Positions 55,287-64,000 of a stretch of 64,000 bases of DNA are shown here, piece after piece (position 1 is the first letter of the stretch; each line of letters starts with the position of its first letter). The DNA lies in the sequence record OM319461.1; one strand, given 5' to 3'. The position numbers and the translations under genes are program-made. The notes beneath the pieces were generated by a model. The model was not told the DNA's origin, did no database searches, and was given only the letters and a program-made list of their open reading frames with translations.

Positions 55287-57194
55287 TTAAAAGTGCGAGT
55301 ATGATGATGCAGCTGTTTGCTGACCAAATTGGAAGCCGCCAGTTTGTTGTGGTTGTCCGTAACCGCTAGGCTGACAGTAACCAGACGCAGGAGCAGTAGC
55401 ACCGCCAACCAGATGTGCAATCTGACTGAAGTGTGTTACTGGCTGACCAGTTGATGTGAAGTACTCACCCATCGCATTGCCGTTAACATCAAACTGTGCT
55501 TGAACTTGCTGACCGTTGCGCATCATCAAAATGATGGTAGGCATTTGTGGTGCAGTACCATAAGCCGCTGCCGTGTGACCAAATCCAACTGGACCATTCT
55601 GCTGGTTAGAAGCATGGTATGGGTTGTATGGGCCAGCCTGTACAGGAGCTGCATTGTATGGGTTAGCAGGAGTAGCAGCAGGAGCAGCATGGTATGGGTT
55701 AGTATGAGCACCAGATGCAAGAGTTGCCTTGTACAGTGATGGCGTACCATCAGAGTTAAAGATCAACGCACCATTAGACTGCTTCTCTTGAAGGAACGGG
55801 TCACGAGGAATGTCAGACTGAGCTAGCTTGTACGGTGAGTTATCACGGTTGTACAAGTAAGTACCGTTTGCATCTTGGACGTGAACCATTGCTTCTTTTA
55901 GTACTGGAGCATGGCTGCTAGTAGGTGCAGCCGATGGAGCTTCTTTTAGTACCGGTGCTGATGTGCTTTGTGACGGAGCAGCCGCCGCAGGTTGAGCTAC
56001 CGCAACAGTCTGCTCTGTATTAGTTGCGGCCGAGGACTTTGCAAAACCTGATTGGTATTCAGATACAGGTGCGTGAGTTTGTGCAAGTACTTCAGTGCGA
56101 GTTTGGATAGCCATGTTATTGCGTCCTTCTAACTTGATAGGGCCGAATGTTTTTGGGGTTTCGGCAGGGTTTGATTTAGGTTGAGTTGGTTGTGGTACAG
56201 CTGCTACTGGTGCCGTTGATACTGGCGCAGTAGTCTGAGTTGTTTGTACCGGTGCTTCGTTAACTACTGGAGCTGCTGCTTGCTCTTTCATTTCACCTTG
56301 GTTGGCAGGGAACTCGACATTAAGTTCTTTGACGTACAGGTCTTGTAGTTTTGTCTCTAGGTCATCACTAAACCAATCGGCATTGAAGTTAACGCCCATG
56401 TCTAGATCAAGTAGCTTACCTAGTTTGTTAAGACGACGTACTACTTCTGCGTGACACTCTAGTAGTGACATGAAGTATGGTGCATTACGGCCATCCCATG
56501 TAGACACTACATCCAAGTAACCTTTTAGGCGTTCTGCCACAAGACGAATCATCTTACCTACGTCTTTGTTTGGTGGCTTAATGCCTGCTGGTTGATCTGC
56601 ATTCAACTTGTCAAGGTACGGAGTGATAAGTGCAGTAACACGGATATGTGTCTTGTCACCGATCTTCACGTTTGCTTGTTGTTGGTAACGACAAAGTGCA
56701 TTACGACCTTTAACGCCAGTGTGCTTCTTCATCACGGTATTCATGTAGCTGATGTATTTTTCAGCTGCCTTGCCATCTTTTGGAGAAGGAATACCTTTTA
56801 CTAACTCGTACAACTCGCCAGTTAGACCTTCGTGTGCTTCTGTGTTTGTAATCAAGTAAACCATTGACACGAACACTTCAACCATACGAACCATCACGGC
56901 ATTAGATGCATCAAAGACCAAACGCTTTTGTACTTCGGATTGACCTTTAGCCAAGTATGACTCGACCATAGGGTTAAACTTAAGTACAGATGGATCATCG
57001 CACTTATTGGCCATCGCTTCGTCTACCAGCACAATCGGAAATTGTTTTGCTGCTTCTGTACCAGGTGCACGGTAGTTTACTTTAACCGTTGACTTTTTGC
57101 CTTTGTGTACATGAGTGTACAGTTGGCGAGTATCTTGCTCCATGTACGTATCAAGAGAAGATAGAATACCTTCATAAACTTTTGAGATTTGCAT
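55287..57194 (-). CDS. Conserved protein (phiKZ gp70-like, 635 aa) with a long P/A/Q/Y low-complexity C-terminal half
   Basis: LKFNPMVESY motif; GGAG SD; synteny. Confidence 0.75.
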   Translation of the reverse strand: MQISKVYEGILSSLDTYMEQDTRQLYTHVHKGKKSTVKVNYRAPGTEAAKQFPIVLVDEAMANKCDDPSVLKFNPMVESYLAKGQSEVQKRLVFDASNAVMVRMVEVFVSMVYLITNTEAHEGLTGELYELVKGIPSPKDGKAAEKYISYMNTVMKKHTGVKGRNALCRYQQQANVKIGDKTHIRVTALITPYLDKLNADQPAGIKPPNKDVGKMIRLVAERLKGYLDVVSTWDGRNAPYFMSLLECHAEVVRRLNKLGKLLDLDMGVNFNADWFSDDLETKLQDLYVKELNVEFPANQGEMKEQAAAPVVNEAPVQTTQTTAPVSTAPVAAVPQPTQPKSNPAETPKTFGPIKLEGRNNMAIQTRTEVLAQTHAPVSEYQSGFAKSSAATNTEQTVAVAQPAAAAPSQSTSAPVLKEAPSAAPTSSHAPVLKEAMVHVQDANGTYLYNRDNSPYKLAQSDIPRDPFLQEKQSNGALIFNSDGTPSLYKATLASGAHTNPYHAAPAATPANPYNAAPVQAGPYNPYHASNQQNGPVGFGHTAAAYGTAPQMPTIILMMRNGQQVQAQFDVNGNAMGEYFTSTGQPVTHFSQIAHLVGGATAPASGYCQPSGYGQPQQTGGFQFGQQTAASSYSHF

Positions 57195-57239
57195 TGTTTG
57201 ATTCTCCGATGGGGGAGTTTCCTCCCCCCTGGTTTTTAA

Positions 57240-58697
57240 TTAGACATAAAGTGCCGTTGCTTGCGCTGGGCTCGCAGCACCTACGAAAGTATTGCGGATG
57301 ATCTCACCGATCTTCTGACCGTTGGCATCAACTTCTTCTTTAGAAGTCGCAATGTTCATAGACGATAGTGAGTCACAGTAACATGGCATGATAAGTGGAA
57401 CTGGTGGTTTACCATCCAGTGAGATTTCCATAAACATGTCACCACCGATTACGAAGTGACATTTAAGTTGGTATTGACCAACTGTTGGTGGAATGATCTC
57501 AGGCAGGATAGTATTCGCCATAGCTTGTACAGCTGCATGCATGTAGTGTGCATCAGACTGAACTTCAAACATAGGGCGGAAGATTTCTGGTAGGACAGCA
57601 TGCGTATTGTTAATGATGTCCTTTGTTGCTGTGAAGCTGAACTCGGCACCAAGTACTTGAGTTACGATACTTGGAACTGCTTGAGTTAGTCGGTTACCGA
57701 TTTTAACTTCTTCACCGAAACCACCCCAGCTTGCCATGTTAGCTGCATTAGGCATACCTGCCATAAGAGGCTGAGTACGTACTGCTTGCCAGTTAACACC
57801 AGCTACTGCACCACATAGCTCTTGCCATGTAAATGCACCAGATTGACCAAACTGAGTACGTGCACCTAGCAGTGTAAACAGTTGGCTTGAGCTGAAGTCG
57901 TTCTCACGAGCATTTGTTGCTGCCAGACCGATCATGTAGCGATCGTTGTGCTGTAGTGATTTCTCACTTTGCTGTGCTGCTTGAGACCAAGAAGTCAAGA
58001 TGCGGTTCAGAGTCTTAGCCGAAGACGAGTTAACAACACGGTCAGATGCTACACCTGTTGGTTTGTTAAGTGCTTGGCGTGGATCATAACCATCACGGCT
58101 TGTGCCGACTACTTGGTTCTGTAGACCAACCAACAAGTCAGTAGGACGCTGAGAGTTAGCACCAGATACTTGACCGGTTTGAGTCATTACTTGGATCGGT
58201 GTCAATACATGTTGGTTTTGACGAGTGCTCATAGTCAGACGCTGACCCATTGAACCATGCGAGCTTTGTTGTCCCACACGCAGTAGCGAGTTAGGGATAA
58301 TAAGCAGATGGTTAGCAACCGTATTGTTTGCACCGATCTCAGGTGTAGCAGTGTAGCCTGTCAGTACTTCGTAGTATGTCATCTCACCAGACTTGATTTC
58401 GAAGTTTAGGAACACAGAACAACGAGATGTACCCCAACCACCTTGGATACCGATCTCGCCACGAGAAGTATCAGATGGACGGATGATGTCGTTTGCGATT
58501 TCACGCAGTGTTGCTTCGTTAATGATTGCACCACCTTCCGTTACGTTTTGCAGTGCATTGATACCTGCTTGACTTAGGTGGATATTCATTGGACGGTAGT
58601 GGAGTGGCTGCGAGGCAGGAACTTCAAAGAACATTGCGCCGATTAGGTTAACAGTTACACCTTGGTTAACTTGAGCAATTACTGAATGTTCGTACAT
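57240..58697 (-). CDS. picA: Putative phage-nucleus protein import factor PicA/Imp1 (phiKZ gp69-like)
   Basis: 485 aa directly after the gp68-like gene; YRP...GIQGGWGTSR...EVLTGYT pattern. Call rests mainly on synteny. Confidence 0.62.
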   Translation of the reverse strand: MYEHSVIAQVNQGVTVNLIGAMFFEVPASQPLHYRPMNIHLSQAGINALQNVTEGGAIINEATLREIANDIIRPSDTSRGEIGIQGGWGTSRCSVFLNFEIKSGEMTYYEVLTGYTATPEIGANNTVANHLLIIPNSLLRVGQQSSHGSMGQRLTMSTRQNQHVLTPIQVMTQTGQVSGANSQRPTDLLVGLQNQVVGTSRDGYDPRQALNKPTGVASDRVVNSSSAKTLNRILTSWSQAAQQSEKSLQHNDRYMIGLAATNARENDFSSSQLFTLLGARTQFGQSGAFTWQELCGAVAGVNWQAVRTQPLMAGMPNAANMASWGGFGEEVKIGNRLTQAVPSIVTQVLGAEFSFTATKDIINNTHAVLPEIFRPMFEVQSDAHYMHAAVQAMANTILPEIIPPTVGQYQLKCHFVIGGDMFMEISLDGKPPVPLIMPCYCDSLSSMNIATSKEEVDANGQKIGEIIRNTFVGAASPAQATALYV

Positions 58698-58717
58698 GTT
58701 TGATTTTCCTTTTTAAA

Positions 58718-60175
58718 TTATTGTTGGGGTGTTGATTGTGCTGCCATGATTAGGCAAGATGCGATAGAACGACGGATATCAGAAATGTTTTCTGCATCGA
58801 TCCAGTCGTATGTTAGGACTGCTTTTACCAGGCCTTCGATAGAACGTTTACCAGGATTGGTTTTCGCTTTGATGTCTGCTTCTAGTACATATGGGTAACA
58901 TGCACTCAAGTCAGCTGCTAGCGAATGACTTAGATGACTGATCACCAATGTACCGGACGCACCAGTTAACATCGATGGGTCACGTTCTTCTCGTCGAGAT
59001 AACAACAAGCGTGCCAAGTCACCGTAACCAAGATTTTCATAGTAAACACAAGCTACTGCAATTACGGCAAGCAGAGCAGGTTTTGATTCTACGATCATTA
59101 GTGAACGCGGGTCGATAATATCTTTGATCACAAGACCGACTAGGAAGTAGTGGATCTCAGGAACAATATGATAATTCTCAATGCGCTCATGTAATAGACG
59201 CAGATAGTTTTCTACACGAGGTGTTACGTCTGGATTTAATCCAAGATGGTTAATCACAGTATGGTAGTCTTCCAAATATAACTCAGATGCTACAACGTAG
59301 TCTTTTGTTACTTCTTCCGAGATACGGTGATGATCGGCATAACCGATTGATTCAGCACCACCACCACCATCACTGGTATTAAACTTATGGTTCCAGCTGT
59401 CCTTATTTAAGTTGCGCAGTTTGTCATCAAGGAATGTATAAACATATGCAATGATGTTACCGTCATCGGTATTACGTAAACGGGCAATGGCAAAACGACG
59501 AACAATGGACATACCCATCAGGTACTTATCCAAGTTTGTTTTTGCTGCACCGAAACGCAATGGCATTGGGACTGCCGACTGACGACGATGGGCAAGAACT
59601 GCAATGTAACGAGAGAATCGTACAAACGGTGGCCAATCAGCCATGCTTGTTGCAGAAACAATCTCGCCAGTTACGCGTTCTTTCTGCGTTGTTTGAATTT
59701 CATCTTTTGTACTGATAACAAAAGAACCAATGATTGGAGTCAGCAACTTCAGACCAACACACATTGTACGCAAGTCAAACATCTCTTGTAACGAGTATGT
59801 CATCTCTGGCGGGTTCTTACCAGCAAGTACTGGTTGTGGTGGATCTTGATAGAAGTTAGCATTAGCTGTACACCATGCATGCAGGTGATCATAATCAAGC
59901 AGGTTTGTTAAGTCCTTATTGATTGCGATGATCTCTGTCTTCAGATGTTTAATCTTACTTGCATCTGAGAATACCGACTCTGCTCGACGATAGCACTCAA
60001 ACAATGCTTGTTGCTTTTCTTCAGGCAAGGTTGCAAGATATTCATTTGTAGGACCAAAGATAACCTCAGTTGGGTTGTGGTTTAGTGTGGTCCAAACACT
60101 GAACAGAAAGTTTAGCTTTTCGTTGCCGTGCGAAACACTAATTACTCTGTCATGACGACTTAGTTCGATTTTCAT
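58718..60175 (-). CDS. Non-virion RNAP promoter-specificity (sigma-like) subunit (phiKZ gp68-like)
   Basis: 485 aa; LKLLTPIIGSF, VRRFAIA and NIIAYVYTF motifs; synteny. Confidence 0.8.
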   Translation of the reverse strand: MKIELSRHDRVISVSHGNEKLNFLFSVWTTLNHNPTEVIFGPTNEYLATLPEEKQQALFECYRRAESVFSDASKIKHLKTEIIAINKDLTNLLDYDHLHAWCTANANFYQDPPQPVLAGKNPPEMTYSLQEMFDLRTMCVGLKLLTPIIGSFVISTKDEIQTTQKERVTGEIVSATSMADWPPFVRFSRYIAVLAHRRQSAVPMPLRFGAAKTNLDKYLMGMSIVRRFAIARLRNTDDGNIIAYVYTFLDDKLRNLNKDSWNHKFNTSDGGGGAESIGYADHHRISEEVTKDYVVASELYLEDYHTVINHLGLNPDVTPRVENYLRLLHERIENYHIVPEIHYFLVGLVIKDIIDPRSLMIVESKPALLAVIAVACVYYENLGYGDLARLLLSRREERDPSMLTGASGTLVISHLSHSLAADLSACYPYVLEADIKAKTNPGKRSIEGLVKAVLTYDWIDAENISDIRRSIASCLIMAAQSTPQQ

Positions 60176-60211
60176 CTACTCTCCTTTGACTTAGGAAATC
60201 TATACCATGCA

Positions 60212-60224
60212 GTAATATAGATAT
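60212..60224 (-). promoter_or_regulatory. Early-type promoter motif ATATCTATATTAC
   Basis: Motif 37 nt upstream of the gp68-like ATG. Confidence 0.8.
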
Positions 60225-60314
60225 TAACATTGCTTGAAACTATGCCATTCCCTAAGTTAATTCAAATTAATCATATCATTATTGTAGTAAGTCAATAATG
60301 ATAAAAAGATAATA

Positions 60315-60341
60315 GACACCCGGCCACATGGGCCGAGTGTC
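60315..60341 (-). terminator. Terminator after the ChmC-like gene
   Basis: gacacccggcc...ggccgagtgtc followed by TATTATCTTTTT on the minus strand. Confidence 0.7.
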
Positions 60342-60349
60342 AATAGATT

Positions 60350-61048
60350 TTATTCCCAACCATCGTCTTCGTTTACAACGATGTCGTCAGTCTTAGGAGC
60401 AGCAGGTGGAGTAGCAGCGCGCTGATCTTTAACTTCTCGGCCAGCCTGTGGTACGTAATAAGCAACAGCCAATGGACCACATACTTCCATGATCTGCATC
60501 CACCAAGAACGAGCAGAAAGCTTAGAGTTCTTTGATTTAGGAAGTTCTTGACCATCCTGTTGGATTGGCACCCAGTACTCATCAGCAAAACGGAATAGTG
60601 CTTTGTCGCGATCTTTCTCGTAGATCTTCATGTAGATACAGCCATCGCTGTCTTGGCCGAATGATAGACGAGAGTTAACAACTGTCTTACCAGGAACCTT
60701 TTGGCCATTCTCATATTTAGCGCCTTTAAAAGACATAGAGAATTCGATTGGTTCACTTGAAGCAATAACTTCTTCCATAAGGAATGTGAACTTCCAAAAG
60801 TCAGACCATTTCATACGACAAGAAATCGGCGTGTTTGCCACCTTCTTCGTACGACCATCAACTTCGCGGGTCTTTTCTGCTTCAGATGGGTTGTTACAGA
60901 ATACCACAAAGCGTGGATTGTTGTTTACCATATCTAGGGTAAGTTCGGGACGCTTCCAATCTGATTCGTTCCAGCGTTCACCACGAAGCTTGAATGAGAA
61001 TTGGTTTAGAGGCGTAGCGCCGAATTGGGATTGGGGTGAGTTAGACAT
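60350..61048 (-). CDS. chmC: Putative nucleus-associated nucleic-acid-binding protein ChmC (phiKZ gp67-like)
   Basis: 232 aa; NNNPRFVVF and FGQDSDGCIY motifs; basic then acidic disordered tail; directly upstream of the gp68-like gene. Confidence 0.6.
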   Translation of the reverse strand: MSNSPQSQFGATPLNQFSFKLRGERWNESDWKRPELTLDMVNNNPRFVVFCNNPSEAEKTREVDGRTKKVANTPISCRMKWSDFWKFTFLMEEVIASSEPIEFSMSFKGAKYENGQKVPGKTVVNSRLSFGQDSDGCIYMKIYEKDRDKALFRFADEYWVPIQQDGQELPKSKNSKLSARSWWMQIMEVCGPLAVAYYVPQAGREVKDQRAATPPAAPKTDDIVVNEDDGWE

Positions 61049-61110
61049 GATGGATTACTCCGGTTATTATTATCAAAAATACTCTACCTGATTAAGAGGT
61101 ACCGTTATTT

Positions 61111-61908
61111 TTAAGACAAACGGTACTCTAAGGCTTTTACTAAAATCCTCTTAAGATCGGTATCGGTTACCTTCTTAATGTCGTAACGGATCTTCTCTAT
61201 CGTAGTAAGTGGAGTCCAATGGTTTTCTTCTGCCAATTGGAAAACGGCCTTACGGATGCGGATAGGATGACCAGAGAACATCTTACTTCTGTCTCCGAAG
61301 ATTGAGAAGGTAAAGACATTAAAGGGCATGCGACGATATCGTTCATTAGCAAAGATCGTCTTGTTCCAGCCAATAGGTTCAATCAACTTACCCGTATGAC
61401 TTTGCAAGAGTTTCAAGGAAGAGAATTGATAGCGATTGAATAGATCTATAGGCAAATGGCTTACTAGCCAAAAGTTACCGTTGTTGTTTGGTAACAACAG
61501 ATCCAGTATTGTTGCTGCCTTGCGGCGTTTTACCTCTGCGGCAATCAATGCCTCAGAGGCATCAAAGATAACGGCATTGGCGGTTTTCTTTTCATCTGGC
61601 TTTGGCACACTACCTGGAAACTTGGTAAAGAGTCCACGGTATTCTGGCCAATAGAAATAATGCTGGATACCTATGTTAACCATAAGTCCAGCGATTACTT
61701 CTAGTTCCTCAAAGAAAGGCTCGACAAGATTACGCGTTATCGGACGAGTATCCTTATCATAGGCTTCCCAGAAATTACGCCAAAGGGTGCGAACATTAAA
61801 GATCACACCGTCTGGCTTATAAGGTATTTCTTGAGTAAGAGTCAGTTCAAAGATCTGCGCCGTAGCCACGGAGATAGCTATTTCTTCTCCGAGGACACGA
61901 TCGGTCAT
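61111..61908 (-). CDS. Conserved protein (phiKZ gp66-like; possible FEN/PIN-like nuclease fold)
   Basis: FNVRTLWRN, SHLPIDL, LLQSHTG, MPFN...IFGD; ATGA coupling to SbcD. Confidence 0.7.
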   Translation of the reverse strand: MTDRVLGEEIAISVATAQIFELTLTQEIPYKPDGVIFNVRTLWRNFWEAYDKDTRPITRNLVEPFFEELEVIAGLMVNIGIQHYFYWPEYRGLFTKFPGSVPKPDEKKTANAVIFDASEALIAAEVKRRKAATILDLLLPNNNGNFWLVSHLPIDLFNRYQFSSLKLLQSHTGKLIEPIGWNKTIFANERYRRMPFNVFTFSIFGDRSKMFSGHPIRIRKAVFQLAEENHWTPLTTIEKIRYDIKKVTDTDLKRILVKALEYRLS

Positions 61909-63065
61909 TTATACTCCTCCAATAGCGCCAGGGCCTCTGTGATGGCTCCTGGGGCATAACCTTGACGTTCGGCATAGGACTGGGTTAATCCTAAAATAGT
62001 ATTCTTATTAATAGACGGAAGATCCAGAGCCATCATCGTAGCCGCCTCATCCTGTCCGTCTTTTATTTTTTGCTTCTCCACCTTCTTGGACCAGATGATC
62101 TGTTTGTCACCAGCCAGTTCAGTAGCAGAATCAAGAATACCATCACCGAATAATTTACCATCTACTAACAGACGTATGTTGCCATACTCCATGTCATCAA
62201 GACTATTCTTGATTACCTGTATGGCAGGGTCCATATCCAACCCTACTAGATCAAGGGTAACAAATGGAGTTGCATCGTCGTTCACGATAAACTTAGAAGC
62301 TACCGCATTCTTCTCCGGAGTCACAATCATCTTGAAGATGCCTTTGGCTTCTTCTTCATTATGACTCAGACGATCAGGTGAACCCTGTGCAAAGATCTTG
62401 CCGTAGTTGGATGAACTATGGATATGGCCAACAGTGATAAACCAATTAACAATAGACTCGTAGTTACTTGCCTTGTGATGATCACGCATGATTCCATTAG
62501 GCAACTGATGACCAAACATCCCGTGCATTATTGCGATGTCTACGGAATCCAATCTTTGTTGGCGCATTAACTCCCTGACTTCCTGCCAAGTTTGATCTGT
62601 TTCTCCACGCCATTCATCCGGAACATAAAGTATATTGATTCCGAACTCTTCCTCGTGGTCGATCTTTAAAACGTCAATGTATCGCAAGTCACAGCCCTTT
62701 TCACCCAAGGCATTATTGATCGTCACAATAAGCTGCGATTGGTTTCGGTCATGAGATGGAGTACCTTCTAAGACTCTGAGGCGGACACCGCGTTCCTTTA
62801 GCATACTTAGCCAATACATCATGAAATCCATTACCGCATAGACTTCGTTATCGGCCAAGGTGCGCAGTCTATCAAACAAGTCACCTGCCACCAGGATATA
62901 GTCGAGTTCTCCAGTCAGATCATTGTCCGGAAAGAATCGATTGATCGTAGCAAGTAGTCTACTGATAGGTACACGCGGATGACAAAGGTGCACGTCGGAA
63001 ATCGTAGCAAATGCTAGATCACCAATCTGCTTCCTCATAGGCAGCTGGTCTATTGTTTTGAGCAC
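61905..63065 (-). CDS. sbcD: SbcD/Mre11-like metallophosphoesterase nuclease (phiKZ gp65-like)
   Basis: SDVH, AGDLFD, GTPSHD, MHGMF, GHIH motifs; AAGGAG SD with GTG start. Confidence 0.88.
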   Translation of the reverse strand: MLKTIDQLPMRKQIGDLAFATISDVHLCHPRVPISRLLATINRFFPDNDLTGELDYILVAGDLFDRLRTLADNEVYAVMDFMMYWLSMLKERGVRLRVLEGTPSHDRNQSQLIVTINNALGEKGCDLRYIDVLKIDHEEEFGINILYVPDEWRGETDQTWQEVRELMRQQRLDSVDIAIMHGMFGHQLPNGIMRDHHKASNYESIVNWFITVGHIHSSSNYGKIFAQGSPDRLSHNEEEAKGIFKMIVTPEKNAVASKFIVNDDATPFVTLDLVGLDMDPAIQVIKNSLDDMEYGNIRLLVDGKLFGDGILDSATELAGDKQIIWSKKVEKQKIKDGQDEAATMMALDLPSINKNTILGLTQSYAERQGYAPGAITEALALLEEYK

Positions 63066-63495
63066 CAGACTCTCCTTCTTCGCTATCTGTTTTTGGTAAG
63101 TATCCGTAACGCGTTAGGATGAATTTCCATGCGTCTAGATCTTCCTGTGGTGGCTCTGACGCGTCGATTACTTCGCGCAGTGCACTTACCGCACCATTAA
63201 GGAACGCAGGGTTACGCTTGTGACGTGTGTCCTCTAATCCCTTGTTGATGATATTACCCATGTTCGTACCGACCTGGGTTTCAGGAGTATAAACAAGTGG
63301 CGGTACACGATAAAGTACTTTTGAATGATCTTCATCGTCAACTACTTCTACTGCCAGTGTCGGCTGTATTGCAACTTCTTCCACCCAGCGCATGCGGCCG
63401 TTTGGATTTTCGTTATCAAGTAGAAGCGGCAGATAGTTCTTTACGAAGTTGTGTTCGTTTATCTGAGGAACATCTTCAAAATTTTCAGGTTTCAT
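63019..63495 (-). CDS. Conserved hypothetical protein (158 aa; start moved to MKPENF)
   Basis: GAGG SD; LYRVPPL motif; its 3' end overlaps sbcD by 47 nt. Confidence 0.75.
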   Translation of the reverse strand: MKPENFEDVPQINEHNFVKNYLPLLLDNENPNGRMRWVEEVAIQPTLAVEVVDDEDHSKVLYRVPPLVYTPETQVGTNMGNIINKGLEDTRHKRNPAFLNGAVSALREVIDASEPPQEDLDAWKFILTRYGYLPKTDSEEGESGAQNNRPAAYEEADW

Positions 63496-63496
63496 A

Positions 63497-63898
63497 TTAA
63501 CCTCTCGTAGCATTGGTAATGCGAGTTAATGTTTTATCTGGGTCAATGCGGAGTACTTCAGACAACTGGTAGGACTGGCCACCGTGTGTTATTCGTGCAG
63601 ATAGCTCGATAGTGTATCTTGCTGACTCATGCGAATCAACGTCACTCACTATTACCGAAGCACCTTCTGGGAAATACGCTCGTAGGTATTCACCGAACTG
63701 TGATTCCATTTGGCGTATGAACTCTTTTGGTTCATTACCATAAAGTCCGGTCAGATATTGAAAAGAAAAAACATTGCCCAGGCCTTTGCCCTGCTGGGCT
63801 GTGGCTGTATATGCCTGGATAAAAAGCATACGCAAAAGGTCTTCAGGGTCTTTGACCACATTCTTTGCACCAAGGTGCAGAACAACGGGTTGTTTCAT
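63497..63898 (-). CDS. Conserved hypothetical protein (133 aa; possibly T4 gp25-like)
   Basis: ORF track; size and layout only. Confidence 0.7.
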   Translation of the reverse strand: MKQPVVLHLGAKNVVKDPEDLLRMLFIQAYTATAQQGKGLGNVFSFQYLTGLYGNEPKEFIRQMESQFGEYLRAYFPEGASVIVSDVDSHESARYTIELSARITHGGQSYQLSEVLRIDPDKTLTRITNATRG

Positions 63899-63911
63899 AG
63901 AGGGTCCTTAA

Positions 63912-63929
63912 AAGGCCCCGAAGGGCCTT
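63912..63929 (-). terminator. UUCG stem-loop
   Basis: aaggccc-cgaa-gggcctt followed by TTTT on the minus strand. Confidence 0.65.
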
Positions 63930-63931
63930 AA

Positions 63932-64000
63932 TTACATTAGGTCGTTTTCTGGTGAAGTCAGGTCGTAGTCTGTCTCGTCGATCATCCATGCAGCAGTTGT
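63932..64000 (-). CDS. 3' end of a gene entering from the right edge (...AWMIDETDYDLTSPENDLM*)
   Basis: Open frame ending in TAA at 63932-63934, followed by the hairpin. Confidence 0.7.
   Translation of the reverse strand, partial: TTAAWMIDETDYDLTSPENDLM

Noticed and set aside
57211-57228. GAAA-capped hairpin between PicA-like and gp70-like genes as a terminator
   Set aside because: No U-tract on the coding (minus) strand; more likely a stabilising stem, not supportable further.
151-63931. Numerous 60-170 aa ORFs antisense to or nested in long genes
   Set aside because: No SD, no recognisable motifs, and expected as shadows of biased codon usage.
1-64000. tRNA, rRNA, CRISPR arrays, integrase or transposase, group I introns
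   Set aside because: No cloverleaf-sized gaps with tRNA motifs, no repeat-spacer arrays, and no interrupted core genes other than the ruvC case were seen by eye; tRNAscan-SE and Infernal would be decisive.

Overview
This window is a 64-kb, gene-dense, AT-rich segment of a phiKZ-like (Chimalliviridae-type, nucleus-forming) jumbo phage genome. Core-gene order matches my recollection of phiKZ roughly gp62 to gp129, running right to left. The block contains an SbcD-like nuclease and a ChmC-like protein, four non-virion RNA polymerase subunits (gp68, gp71-73, gp74 and gp123-like), a PicA-like protein and an SF2 helicase. It also has one virion RNAP subunit (gp80-like), the exonuclease half of the split family-B DNA polymerase, head/ejection protein paralogs, baseplate and neck proteins, DnaB, major capsid protein, RuvC and portal. 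An accessory early-gene region sits at the left end. All homology calls come from motif recognition and synteny, not database searches. I found no rRNA, tRNA or CRISPR array. The most interesting observations are: (1) a decayed homing-endonuclease cassette that appears to have replaced the 3' end of ruvC with a recoded copy, leaving the old end stranded about 520 bp downstream; (2) a canonical T-TTT-TTC -1 slippery site that would fuse a 489-aa gene to a downstream ORF with no good start, as in lambda G/GT; (3) a translationally coupled pair of one active and one catalytically dead ClpP (ClpP/ClpR-like); (4) a recurring [FYL]-D-x-E-[SGN] motif predicting a different prohead protease specificity; (5) a short module shared by two unrelated low-complexity proteins; (6) a 13-bp early-type promoter motif found six times. 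A Vibrio-type host is only a weak guess from composition.
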